Shown here: piece by piece, positions 9,588 to 18,472 of the stretch
Layout of the letters: each line of letters opens with the position of its first letter
Numbering within the stretch: position 1 is the first letter of the stretch
Assembly: GCA_028819255.1 (NCBI GenBank)
Contig: JAPPMB010000116.1
Span: 34,810 to 98,809 of the forward strand
Direction of reading: 5' to 3'
DNA: 64,000 nucleotides
Origin: Bryobacterales bacterium
Lineage (GTDB): Bacteria > Acidobacteriota > Terriglobia > Bryobacterales > UBA6623
Made by a program: the position numbers and the translations under genes
Notes under the pieces: model-generated
What the model was told of the DNA's origin: nothing
Databases searched by the model: none
The model's input: only the letters and a program-made list of their open reading frames with translations

Positions 9588-11015
9588 ATGCCTGCTCGCC
9601 CGATCCCGAGCCGACGGCTTGCCATCGCCTTGGCGGTTGCGACCGCCCTGCCCGCTTCCGGAGCCGACTGGCCCATGTGGGGCGGCAACGGGTCCCGCAA
9701 CATGGTCTCGGCGGAGACCGGCATCCCGAACACGTGGGACATCAAGACGAAAGAAAAGATCAAGTGGGTCGCCGAGATCGGCTCCCAGTCGTACGGCAAC
9801 CCGGTGGTCGCCGGAGGAAAGGTGTTCCTCGGGACCAACAACGAGCTGCTGCGCGATCCGGAGCAGGACGGCGACCGCGGCGTGGTGATGGCCTTCGACG
9901 AAGAGACGGGCGAGTTCCTGTGGCAGATGACTCACGAGAAGCTGGCCGCCGGGCGCGTCAACGACTGGCCCGAGCAGGGCGTCTGCTCGTCGCCGGCCGT
10001 CGTCGGCGGGCTGGTCTACTACGTCTCGAACCGCGCCGAGGTCCTCGCGCTCGACGCGGAAGGATTCCGCGACGGGGAGAACGACGGGCCCTTCCAGGAC
10101 GAGAAGTACAAGTCCGAGGCCGACGGCGATGTGGTGTGGGCGGTCGACATGTACAACGACCTCGGCGTGTTCCCCCACAACATGGCGGCAACATCGCCGC
10201 TGGTCGCAGACGACATCCTCTTCGTCAACACGTCCAACGGCGTGGATGAGAGCCACATCAACATCCCTTCGCCGCGCAGCCCCAGCTTTCTGGCGCTCAA
10301 CCGCCACACGGGCGAGGTCCTGTGGGAGGACAGTTCCCCCGGGCGGAACATCCTGCACGGACAGTGGTCCTCGCCCGCCTACGGCGAGGCCGGCGGCAGG
10401 AAGCAGGTGGTCTTCGCGGGCGGCGACGGCTGGGTGTACAGCTTTGTGCCCGAGAACGGCGAGCTGATCTGGAAGTTCGACGCGAATCCCAAGGAATCGG
10501 AATGGAAGCAGGGTCGCGGCGACAGGAACAACATCATCGCGACCCCGGTTCTGCTGGACGGGATCGTGTACATAGCGGTGGGCCAGGACCCGGAACACGG
10601 TGAAGGCACGGGACACCTGTGGGCCATCGATGCCTCGGGGACCGGCGACATCACCGGGACCGGCGTCGCGTGGCACTATCCCTTCCGGCGCACGATCTCG
10701 ACGGTCGCGATCCATGACGGAATCCTCTATGTGCCGAACTTCTCCGGCTTCTTCCATGCGCTTGACCTGCGGGAGGGCAAGCTGCTGTGGGAACACGACA
10801 TGCTGGCGGCCGTCTGGGGATCGCCGTACGTGGTGGACGGCAAGGTGCTCCTGGGAGACGAGGACGGCGACCTTTCGGTGCTCAAGACGGGACGGGAGAT
10901 GGAGGTGCTGTCCGAGGTCAACTTCGGAAACGTGATCTACTCGACTCCCATAGCGGCGAACGGAAGCCTGTACATCATGACCCGATCCCATCTCTACGCG
11001 ATCGCGAACGAGTGA
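9588..11015 (+). CDS. Secreted PQQ-like beta-propeller repeat protein
   Basis: 475 aa. The signal peptide is followed by DWPMWGGNGSRNMV and repeated G-x-L/V-W blade motifs (GEFLWQM, GEVLWED, GELIWKF, GKLLWEH). Starts 23 nt after the previous gene. Confidence 0.8.
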   Translation: MPARPIPSRRLAIALAVATALPASGADWPMWGGNGSRNMVSAETGIPNTWDIKTKEKIKWVAEIGSQSYGNPVVAGGKVFLGTNNELLRDPEQDGDRGVVMAFDEETGEFLWQMTHEKLAAGRVNDWPEQGVCSSPAVVGGLVYYVSNRAEVLALDAEGFRDGENDGPFQDEKYKSEADGDVVWAVDMYNDLGVFPHNMAATSPLVADDILFVNTSNGVDESHINIPSPRSPSFLALNRHTGEVLWEDSSPGRNILHGQWSSPAYGEAGGRKQVVFAGGDGWVYSFVPENGELIWKFDANPKESEWKQGRGDRNNIIATPVLLDGIVYIAVGQDPEHGEGTGHLWAIDASGTGDITGTGVAWHYPFRRTISTVAIHDGILYVPNFSGFFHALDLREGKLLWEHDMLAAVWGSPYVVDGKVLLGDEDGDLSVLKTGREMEVLSEVNFGNVIYSTPIAANGSLYIMTRSHLYAIANE

Positions 11016-11025
11016 GGCGACCACA

Positions 11026-12108
11026 TTGCCCGACCTGCAAGACAAGACCGACGCCGCCAGAGCGGCCTTAGACGCCCATGTCCGGGAGACGATCACGTGG
11101 CACTTCGACCCGAAGACCGGCTGCCCCTTCTGGCTGGAGTTCGCCAGGGACCGCCTGGGATGGGATCCCAGGGACCGGATCGGGAGCTTCTTCGACCTGC
11201 GCCTGCTCCCGGCCTTCGAGGACGAGTGGCTGCGCGGAGGCCCGATCCGCCGGTGGGTTCCCAAGGGGCTGGCGGACAAGCCGGTCTACGTGTTCGAGAC
11301 CGGCGGGACCACAGGCCTGCCCAAGTCCCGCATCAACGTGGAGGACTTTCGCACCGACTACGCGGAATTCTCCAAGACCCTGCCGGACGAGTTCTTCCCT
11401 CCGGGCAGCGACTGGCTGCACCTAGGACCGAGCGGCCCTAGGCGGTTGCGTCTGGCCGTCGAGTACCTGGCGCAGGTGCGGGGGGGCATCTGCTTCTCGG
11501 TGGACCTGGACCCAAGGTGGGTCATCAAGCTGCTGAAGCGGGGGCACCTCGAGGAAGCGGAGCGCTACAAGCAGCATTGCCTGGACCAGGCGCTGACGAT
11601 CCTGAAGGCGCACAAGGGCGTCAAGTGTCTCTTTGCTACGCCGAAGCTGCTGGAGGGGCTCTGTGAGCGGACATCGCTGCGCAGACAGGGGATCACAGGA
11701 GTGTTTTGCGGGGGCACCGAGATGACGCCGGAGTTCCATCGATTCGCCCGCAACGAGTTGCTGGAAGGGGCGTACTTCGCGGCCACCTACGGGAATACGC
11801 TGATGGGGCTGGCCTGCCACAAGCCGTTCGACCCGGCCGACAACCACGCCATCATCTACTACCCCCCGCAGCCGCGGGCAGTCCTCGAGGTCTGCACCCC
11901 CGACAATCTCGACGAGGTCGTCGACTACGGCGAGACCGGGCGCGCGGTGCTCACGACGCTCACCAAGGAGTTCTTCGTGCCGCGGTTCCCCGAGCGGGAT
12001 GCCTGCGAGCGCGAGGCGCCGATCGACCTCTATCCTTGGGACGGCGTGCGGAACGTCCGCCCATTCCAGGACAAGAAGAGCGGAACAGTCACGGTCGGCG
12101 TGTACTGA
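11026..12108 (+). CDS. PaaK/F390-synthetase-like adenylate-forming enzyme (ANL superfamily), short form
   Basis: 360 aa. The motif FETGGTTGLPK resembles the SSGTTGKPK P-loop of phenylacetate-CoA ligase-type enzymes, followed by GGTEMTPE. Starts 10 nt after the propeller gene. Confidence 0.6.
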   Translation: MPDLQDKTDAARAALDAHVRETITWHFDPKTGCPFWLEFARDRLGWDPRDRIGSFFDLRLLPAFEDEWLRGGPIRRWVPKGLADKPVYVFETGGTTGLPKSRINVEDFRTDYAEFSKTLPDEFFPPGSDWLHLGPSGPRRLRLAVEYLAQVRGGICFSVDLDPRWVIKLLKRGHLEEAERYKQHCLDQALTILKAHKGVKCLFATPKLLEGLCERTSLRRQGITGVFCGGTEMTPEFHRFARNELLEGAYFAATYGNTLMGLACHKPFDPADNHAIIYYPPQPRAVLEVCTPDNLDEVVDYGETGRAVLTTLTKEFFVPRFPERDACEREAPIDLYPWDGVRNVRPFQDKKSGTVTVGVY

Positions 12109-12126
12109 GCAGGGATCCGGTCAGAC

Positions 12127-12585
12127 TTGATGCAGGTGAAGCGATGGGGCAGGAAGGCTCCTCTGCTGCTGTGCGCCCTCCTGCTGGCTCCGGGCGGGTC
12201 CGCTTCAAGTGCGGAGGACGAGGAAGCAGTCAAGGACCTGGTCGGGCGCTACGCGGCGGCACGGGAGTCCAGGGATCCGGATGCGATCCGGCAACTGTTC
12301 ACGGAAGACGCCGATCAACTGGTGTCCTCCGGAGTCTGGCGCCGAGGGCGCGAGACTCTCGTCGAGGGGATGCTGGGAAGTTCGCGGCGGAATCCGGGAA
12401 GCCGCACGCTGGCAGTGGAGACCGTCCGCTTTCCTTCGGCGGGCCTTGGAATCGCCGACGCCCGCTACATCATCAGGGGCAGCGGCGGCGCTCCCGACCG
12501 GAAGATGTGGAGCACGTTCGTCTTCACGCGCACGGACGGCGGCTGGCGGATTGCCGCGATTCGCAACATGCTTCCGGCTCCTTAG
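12127..12585 (+). CDS. NTF2-like SnoaL/DUF4440 (SgcJ/EcaC-type) protein, secreted
   Basis: 152 aa with a signal peptide. Contains [29 protein letters not shown] and a C-terminal [20 protein letters not shown], typical of DUF4440. Confidence 0.65.
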   Translation: MMQVKRWGRKAPLLLCALLLAPGGSASSAEDEEAVKDLVGRYAAARESRDPDAIRQLFTEDADQLVSSGVWRRGRETLVEGMLGSSRRNPGSRTLAVETVRFPSAGLGIADARYIIRGSGGAPDRKMWSTFVFTRTDGGWRIAAIRNMLPAP

Positions 12586-12797
12586 GCGCCCCGGACTCTG
12601 AGCCAGCTTCGGGATCCAGCCCAGGGTTCCTGTGGTTCGGAAAGGGTCTTGGAATCCGGTCCGGCGGACAGCGTGGGCGCAAAATTCCGAGCACTGCGCC
12701 GTAGCCTCACGCCAGCAGACATCGGAATCCAGTGCAGGGAGCCAACAAGCCAGATCCGTGCCTTGGCAATCGGTGTTGAAAGTCGCATGATGTTCGC

Positions 12798-14066
12798 ATG
12801 AACCGCCGCCAGTTCATTCGCACCGGGGGCTCGCTCGCCGCCGCCGCCCAACTGCGCTCGCAAACGAACGAGCAGATCGAGCGTTACAGGAACACCGCCT
12901 TGGATCTCCTCAAGCCCGGTGCCCGGGATCTCGACTACGGAACGAGGATCCACCAGGAAGCACTGGTCTTCGACGCCTACGGGTTCTCTCCGCGAGCTGC
13001 TGTGGATGGTGACGCGGTGCGCGCGCTGGCGGAAGAGGGAGCTTCCGAGATGGAGCTGCAGGACCAGCGCGAGGAAATGACGATGACCCGCGCCGCCGTA
13101 GACGAGGGTGAGAGGGCGGAGTTTGTCCGGGCGTGGAACGCCTCGGGTGTGACGTGCATCTTCCAGAACTGCGGAGAGGAGAGCAACGATCCGCTGCGCC
13201 TGATCAAGCGCCTTGCGCGCTTCACATACCTCACCGACCGCCTGAGGGGCGTGCTGAGACGAGCCGTGACGCCTGAGGACGTAGAGCGTTCGCACCGCGA
13301 CGGCGTCGGGTGCCTCTATTTCACCGGTAACGGCGTTCCGCTCACGCAGCAATGGAACTCGGTTGAGGACGAGCTGCGATACGTCCGGATCTTCTTCCAG
13401 CTCGGCATCCGCATGATGCACGTGACGTACAACCGGCGCAACCGCCTGGGCGACGGGTGCGCCGAAGTCGCAAACGGAGGCCTCAGCGACTTCGGGCGAG
13501 CGGCAGTGGGCGAAATGAACCGGGTCGGAGTGATCGTTGATGTCGCCCACTCGGGTTGGCAGACGAGCCTCGATGCCGCCCGAGAATCCACTAAGCCGAT
13601 GGTCGCCAGCCACACCACCTGCGGCGGGATCTTTCCGCACATCCGCTCCAAGCCCGACCGAGTGATGCGGGCGATCGCGGACACCGGAGGGTACGTGGGG
13701 ATCTGCTGCATTCCGCGGTTCCTTCGGCGCACCGGCGATATCCGTGCCCTGCTGGATCACGTCGACTACGCGGTCAAGACGATCGGCGCCGACCATGTCG
13801 CGATCGGCACCGACATAGCGTACCGTTCAACACGCTCGGCGGCGGAATCCCGCAAGGTTCCCCGACGCGGACCTACCCGGACGCGATTCGCCGCTCTCTG
13901 GCCGGCGGACGACTTCGTCGAGACTCCGGCCATGACCCGCAGTCTGGCCTGGACAAACTGGCCGATGTTCACCGTTGGAATGGTTCAACGAGGGCATTCG
14001 GACGAGACGATCCGCAAGATCCTCGGCGGAAACGTGCTGCGGGTCGCGCGGGCAGCGCATTCGTGA
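12798..14066 (+). CDS. Peptidase M19 (membrane/renal dipeptidase)-like protein with Tat signal
   Basis: 422 aa with the Tat motif MNRRQFIRTGG. M19-like blocks are GIRMMHVTYNRRN, DVAHSG, ASHTTC and HVAIGTD. By eye, the N-terminal DGHND-type metal motif reads FDAYGF. Confidence 0.8.
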   Translation: MNRRQFIRTGGSLAAAAQLRSQTNEQIERYRNTALDLLKPGARDLDYGTRIHQEALVFDAYGFSPRAAVDGDAVRALAEEGASEMELQDQREEMTMTRAAVDEGERAEFVRAWNASGVTCIFQNCGEESNDPLRLIKRLARFTYLTDRLRGVLRRAVTPEDVERSHRDGVGCLYFTGNGVPLTQQWNSVEDELRYVRIFFQLGIRMMHVTYNRRNRLGDGCAEVANGGLSDFGRAAVGEMNRVGVIVDVAHSGWQTSLDAARESTKPMVASHTTCGGIFPHIRSKPDRVMRAIADTGGYVGICCIPRFLRRTGDIRALLDHVDYAVKTIGADHVAIGTDIAYRSTRSAAESRKVPRRGPTRTRFAALWPADDFVETPAMTRSLAWTNWPMFTVGMVQRGHSDETIRKILGGNVLRVARAAHS

Positions 14067-14129
14067 GCCGGGAAGGCGGCCCCAAAGCCGAGCCGGCAAT
14101 AATGCGGCGGAGAACGCTGCTTCTCTCGG

Positions 14130-14160
14130 TCCGGCCACTGGCCGGCCGGATTCGGTTTCC
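14130..14160 (+). terminator. Possible intrinsic terminator between convergent genes
   Basis: Stem tccggcc (14130-14136) pairs with ggccgga (14144-14150) around a 7-nt loop, followed by ttcggtttcc. Lies 64 nt after the dipeptidase-like stop. Confidence 0.3.
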
Positions 14161-14187
14161 AAAAGGAGCAGAAACGGTCTGCGGCGG

Positions 14188-15354
14188 CTACCGCCAGTTG
14201 GGCCATGCCAAGAGGCGTCGCTCGGACCAGTACAGGTCATGAAACGGCACGTCCTCAACAGGTGGCCGGGGATCGTCGAACGCCTGGTGGATCCGATCGG
14301 CGATCGCGGCTGCATCGGCCTCGCTCATGACGCGCAGATCGAGCCAGAGGGAGGAATCCAGGTCGTCCGCGCGATGCACCCAGACCGGCGGGTCGCCCTC
14401 CCGCAACTGATTGGCGAGGGCGCGCGCCGAAGAATCGCATCCCTCGGGGACCGGACACGCCACAACGTGCGGGTGCGGTCCGGACCGCACCTTGAGCCTG
14501 CCTGCAAGAATTCCGGCGAGCCTCTTCCAGCGAGCCCGCCGGGTCTCGGGCGTCTCGGCGTACCAGGCATCGAGGGCTGCAATGCAGCCGACAATGCCCT
14601 CCTTGCCGACCTTCATTGCACGTCCGATGCCGTAGTTCTGAAGGTAGCAGGAGCGGACCAGGTCGAGGCTGCCGCAGATCATTCCAGAGGTTGGCGCACC
14701 CATCTGCTTGTGGGCGCTGGTAAGCACTAGGCCGGCACCAGCATCGAGGAACGGCCGAACATCGGATCCAGCGGCCGTGTCAACGACGACGGGAACGTTC
14801 TTCGTCCGTGCGATCTCGATGCACCGCGCCAGCGACAGGAAGCTGCCTGCGGGATTGACATCGGCCGAATCGACGAAGAACATGGCCGCGACCCGTTCGC
14901 TCATCGCGCCTCGCAGGTGGTGGCCGTCGCAATGGCTTGCCGTGCCGACCCGAACGACCTCCGCTCCGCTGATGCGGATCATCTGAGAGACCGGAGCGCC
15001 GAAATTCACGTCGTGACCCAGTGGAAGAACGATCTGGTCAGACAGGCCAGCGGTGTCGGGAAGGCGTGCGACCTTGGCGAGGTCCGGCCCAGTCATGGCC
15101 GCCGCCGCCGCGACTGCCAATGCCGCCGAGCACGACGACGTCACGCAACCCGCCTCAGCCCCGGTGTGCAGGCTGATTGACCGCGAGGCTGCCGCCTGCA
15201 GCTCGTCGATCTCGACACTGAGCTGCAGGGCGGAGTCAACCGCCGACCGTACGTCGGCGGAGACCGCGTTCGCTCCGAGAATCGTGGGCATGCCCATCCC
15301 GTTCAGCACGCGCTTGACGCCAAGCCGGCGGCACAGGTTGTGGCGGTCGTGCAT
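14188..15354 (-). CDS. SelA/DgaE-like PLP-dependent enzyme (class V-fold aminotransferase superfamily)
   Basis: ORF trimmed to MHDRHN (cat at 15352-15354), 23 nt after the upstream stop. Contains a SelA-like core with the PLP-lysine context TSAHKQMGAPTSG. Confidence 0.7.
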   Translation of the reverse strand: MHDRHNLCRRLGVKRVLNGMGMPTILGANAVSADVRSAVDSALQLSVEIDELQAAASRSISLHTGAEAGCVTSSCSAALAVAAAAAMTGPDLAKVARLPDTAGLSDQIVLPLGHDVNFGAPVSQMIRISGAEVVRVGTASHCDGHHLRGAMSERVAAMFFVDSADVNPAGSFLSLARCIEIARTKNVPVVVDTAAGSDVRPFLDAGAGLVLTSAHKQMGAPTSGMICGSLDLVRSCYLQNYGIGRAMKVGKEGIVGCIAALDAWYAETPETRRARWKRLAGILAGRLKVRSGPHPHVVACPVPEGCDSSARALANQLREGDPPVWVHRADDLDSSLWLDLRVMSEADAAAIADRIHQAFDDPRPPVEDVPFHDLYWSERRLLAWPNWR

Positions 15355-15377
15355 ACGGTCGGTGAGGGGTCGAAGCG

Positions 15378-16229
15378 CTATGTGAGGTCGGCTGCTCCGA
15401 TGAGATCCTGACCCAGGATCGAGGGACACCAGAACTGTTCGATGTGCTGGATCACAAGTTCCGTCCCCTGCCTGTGACTGACGAAGGGCCTGTCACGCGG
15501 ATCATACATGGCGTCGGTCAAGTCTCGCGCGAGGACCACGTTCTTTCCGAGACGCACCTGCTGGCGAATGCCGAAGGGACGGCCCAACACGCAAATGTTC
15601 GTGTGAACACCCATCAGGACGACGTTGTCAATCCCGCGCTGTGCGAAGAAGTTGAAGATCTCCTGCCCGTCGTCGCTGATGGCGTCCTCGTCGGCAATAT
15701 GGATGTCCGGGTGCTGACGGCTCCAGACCCGTCTGCTCTCGCTCGGGAACTCATCGTCACACGGCTCCTCGTCATCGATGGGAAGCGGCGCTTCGGATTC
15801 GGGATCGAGGTAGCACCACTTCGCGATCGGCACGGGCGCGTCGACATGTGGCGCGGATCGAATGCGAGTTCGCTGGGGAGTTCCGTCGTAGAAGTCCATC
15901 GTCCCGCTTGGGGCGTGGACGATCGACACACCGAGGGCGCGAGCGCTCCTCACGACACGATTCATCCAAGGAATCATTCCTTCAAGACGCGCCACTGAAC
16001 TCATGCAGTGATGGTCATCCCACATGTCGCAGATGATGATTGCCGTCTCGGAGGCCGACCACATCAGTGTGCGGTCGATCGACTGCACGGCACCTTCACG
16101 CTCCTCGCGCGAGCGCGCCGTCAGGCGCAGCAGTGCGCTCCCCTCAGCGGGCCGATGCACCAGCCTTCTGGATGCGGCAACGGCGGCGATGCCGCATGCG
16201 CCGCAAAGCAACGCCTGTCTACGAGTCAC
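15378..16229 (-). CDS. Isochorismatase-family cysteine hydrolase with Tat signal
   Basis: 283 aa with the Tat motif MTRRQALLCG. Contains AIIICDMWDDHH (Asp) and NVVLMGVHTNICVLGR (nucleophile Cys). Confidence 0.8.
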   Translation of the reverse strand: MTRRQALLCGACGIAAVAASRRLVHRPAEGSALLRLTARSREEREGAVQSIDRTLMWSASETAIIICDMWDDHHCMSSVARLEGMIPWMNRVVRSARALGVSIVHAPSGTMDFYDGTPQRTRIRSAPHVDAPVPIAKWCYLDPESEAPLPIDDEEPCDDEFPSESRRVWSRQHPDIHIADEDAISDDGQEIFNFFAQRGIDNVVLMGVHTNICVLGRPFGIRQQVRLGKNVVLARDLTDAMYDPRDRPFVSHRQGTELVIQHIEQFWCPSILGQDLIGAADLT

Positions 16230-16286
16230 GTCCGCACTCCTACCACGGAATCATTCTACCGACGACAAGAACCCGCCGTCTGCGCT

Positions 16287-16322
16287 CGGCGGCTGATCTC
16301 CGGCGGCTGATCTCCGGCGGCT
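16287..16322. repeat. 14-bp tandem repeat, about 2.6 copies
   Basis: cggcggctgatctc occurs at 16287-16300 and 16301-16314, followed by a partial cggcggct at 16315-16322. Confidence 0.7.
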
Positions 16323-16972
16323 TGCGGGGCCGGACCGACACCAAGTTTGGCGGCCCGCACATGAACTGAGGGAACAGCGGTTTGTCGAGGGTGAGCAGCT
16401 AGACACCGGCAGGTACGTGCGGCCATAAACTGGATGGACTCGGCAGGGGTACGCACGAGTTCTCTTTCTAACCAAACGGGCCGTCTGTGCGTCCGCGAAC
16501 AGTGCCGGCGAAATCGTGACCATCGGCGCAGGAAACTACGGCAGCGTCGTATTTCCTCACTTTCTGACGGAATCTGGTCGAGCACTCGCCTAGCTGATCT
16601 GTTTCATGGCGGCGAGGTGGTTAAGGCGCCGTCCATGAGGGTTAGGCCTCGGAAGAATCGCGATTGAAGACGAACTCGGCAACGAGAAGCCACCTGTGAT
16701 ACGCGCCCGCACCGGGGACAAGCACCTCTTGGATTGTTAGAACCCGCACTTCTTCGGCGGGGAATCTGCAATCTGTTCCGGCGGCACTCCAAGCGCTTCT
16801 CGAAGACCAAGAGCGACCCCGGTGGTCGGCCAAGACGCGGCCCCTCCCAATTGCAATACGAGCTCGTGGAGGACTGCTCTTGGCGCTGTCCGTCGAATCC
16901 GGAACGAAGTCGCACACCTTCCCGGATGCTGCGTCCTTGACGCAGTAGCAACTTGTTACTACCTTAGAGTGG

Positions 16973-17251
16973 GTGAGATCGGTTGGGATCAGAGTCCTCA
17001 ACAGTCGGCTCAGCGAGTATGTGCGTATGGCAGCGAGCGGAGAGACCATCCTGGTGACGGACCGCGATCGGGTGGTAGCGGAAATCGGCCCACCCCGAGA
17101 AACAAGGAGCCCGGTTCTGGCGGACGCGGTGCGGAAGGGTTGGTTGACTCCCCCGCTCCTGCCTTCCGTCGGAACGCCTCCAGGGCGGGAACCAAGGATG
17201 GCATTGAACGAAGTTGGTGCGGAGTTGGAAGGCGACCGAAGCGAACGGTGA
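16973..17251 (+). CDS. vapB: Type II antitoxin, Phd/YefM-VapB-like
   Basis: 92 aa. The N-terminus (IRVLNSRLSEYVRMAASGETILVTDRDRVVAEI) is typical of prevent-host-death-type antitoxins. Its stop overlaps the PIN gene start (GTGA at 17248-17251). Confidence 0.8.
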   Translation: MRSVGIRVLNSRLSEYVRMAASGETILVTDRDRVVAEIGPPRETRSPVLADAVRKGWLTPPLLPSVGTPPGREPRMALNEVGAELEGDRSER

Positions 17252-17634
17252 TCTACGTAGGCACTTCCGTGGCTCTCGCTCACCTTCTGGCCGAGGATTA
17301 TCGCCCGCCTGACGCTTTTTGGGGCGCAACTCTTGTCTCCGGAAGCTTGATCAAGTACGAGATCTGGACTCGACTGAACGCACGCAATCTTGACAAATCC
17401 CATGGTGATGCGGCTCGCGGAATCATCGGTTGCATCGCTCTGCTGGAGCTGACACCCGCTGTCCTCGAACGTGCCCTGGACGTTTTTCCCCATTCAGTTC
17501 GCACCCTTGATGCCTTGCATCTGGCAAGTTTCCATTTTCTGTGGCGACAAAGACTGCCCATCGAGCTCGCCGGTTACGACCATCGGATGTTGACCGTGCC
17601 GGAAGCCATGGGAATGCCTCGCTTCATCTCCTGA
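17248..17634 (+). CDS. vapC: PIN-domain toxin
   Basis: GTG start within ORF 16822..17634, giving VIYVGTSVALAHLL...LIKYEIW...TLDALHLASF...GYDHRM. PIN acidic residues 2-4 are present, but the first (usually D in I-x-x-D-T-S) is Gly (GGC at 17260-17262). Confidence 0.8.
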   Translation: MIYVGTSVALAHLLAEDYRPPDAFWGATLVSGSLIKYEIWTRLNARNLDKSHGDAARGIIGCIALLELTPAVLERALDVFPHSVRTLDALHLASFHFLWRQRLPIELAGYDHRMLTVPEAMGMPRFIS

Positions 17635-18472
17635 GATTCCCGAGGAGTGGTGACTGCTCCTAGGTGCGCTCGACTCAGCTTCGACATTTGATTGCCAGTT
17701 CGAAGTACGCACCACACCAACTCATTTACATCCTGTTTCGCCTGGACCCGGCAGCGAGGCAAGCAAACTGAGTGTTCAGAATCGAGGGATAGATTAGGCC
17801 AAAGTAGGATGGGACCGCGACTTGGCCGCAGCTGGAACTCTGCTCGCGAAGCGGGTGGAATGGCTTGCGCCCGCCGCACATAGCGCCGCAATGGGTAAAG
17901 GGACACGGTCTCGGGCCGTTCGTGCTGTGGGTAGTTGAGGAGACCGAGCGTGGCGCCGACCTCAATCCAATTCGCGGAGCGGTGGCCGGTCCAGACAAAC
18001 CGCGCCGGGGCCACAAGATTCACCGTCCGCCCGATGGTGCAGGTCATAGAGACATGGATCGCTGCGGACGCAAGGGCCATGGCGTGGCACCACTCCAGAT
18101 TCTCGAAGGCTGCTTCGATGCGCGAGGTCCCTCGCCCCGGCGGGACCATCCCTTGGCCTGCTAGTGGCTATTCAGCACCTCCGCACTGGCCTCCAACCCC
18201 ATTCCCACAGTTGTCGACGGCGTGTGGAGGTCCGGGTAGGACGATCCGCCAGTCCCGTCCGGCATGCAGTGCCCGTCTCAGCGGCAAAACGGGCCACTCT
18301 TCCAAGCGCATCCGGGCTGACGCGTGATTCGCACGTCTCCACAGCTACTGCGTTCATGGGCCGAGCGACCACCGCCGATGGTTCTCGGAAACAGCCACCA
18401 AGGCTGGTCGCTCAGCACGGCCCCGGCTTGGTTGAGTTCTCTTGGCAGCGCGGCCAGACGGGCCCGCCGAAT

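Noticed and set aside
7480-11279. 626-aa (7480..9360) and 568-aa (9573..11279) minus-strand ORFs
   Set aside because: They are antisense to the two PQQ-like propeller genes and the ANL gene. They have low-complexity Arg/Gly/Asp-rich composition and no motifs.
12582-13796. 404-aa minus-strand ORF
   Set aside because: It is antisense to the M19-like gene, which has clear family blocks and a Tat signal.
16642-17493. 283-aa minus-strand ORF across the vapBC region
   Set aside because: It is antisense to a well-formed, overlapping antitoxin/PIN pair and has implausible composition.
17574-18149. 191-aa minus-strand ORF as a real gene
   Set aside because: No family was recognised, it overlaps the vapC 3' end by 61 nt, and it lies in a region that looks decayed. 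It is discussed in a finding but not annotated as a CDS.
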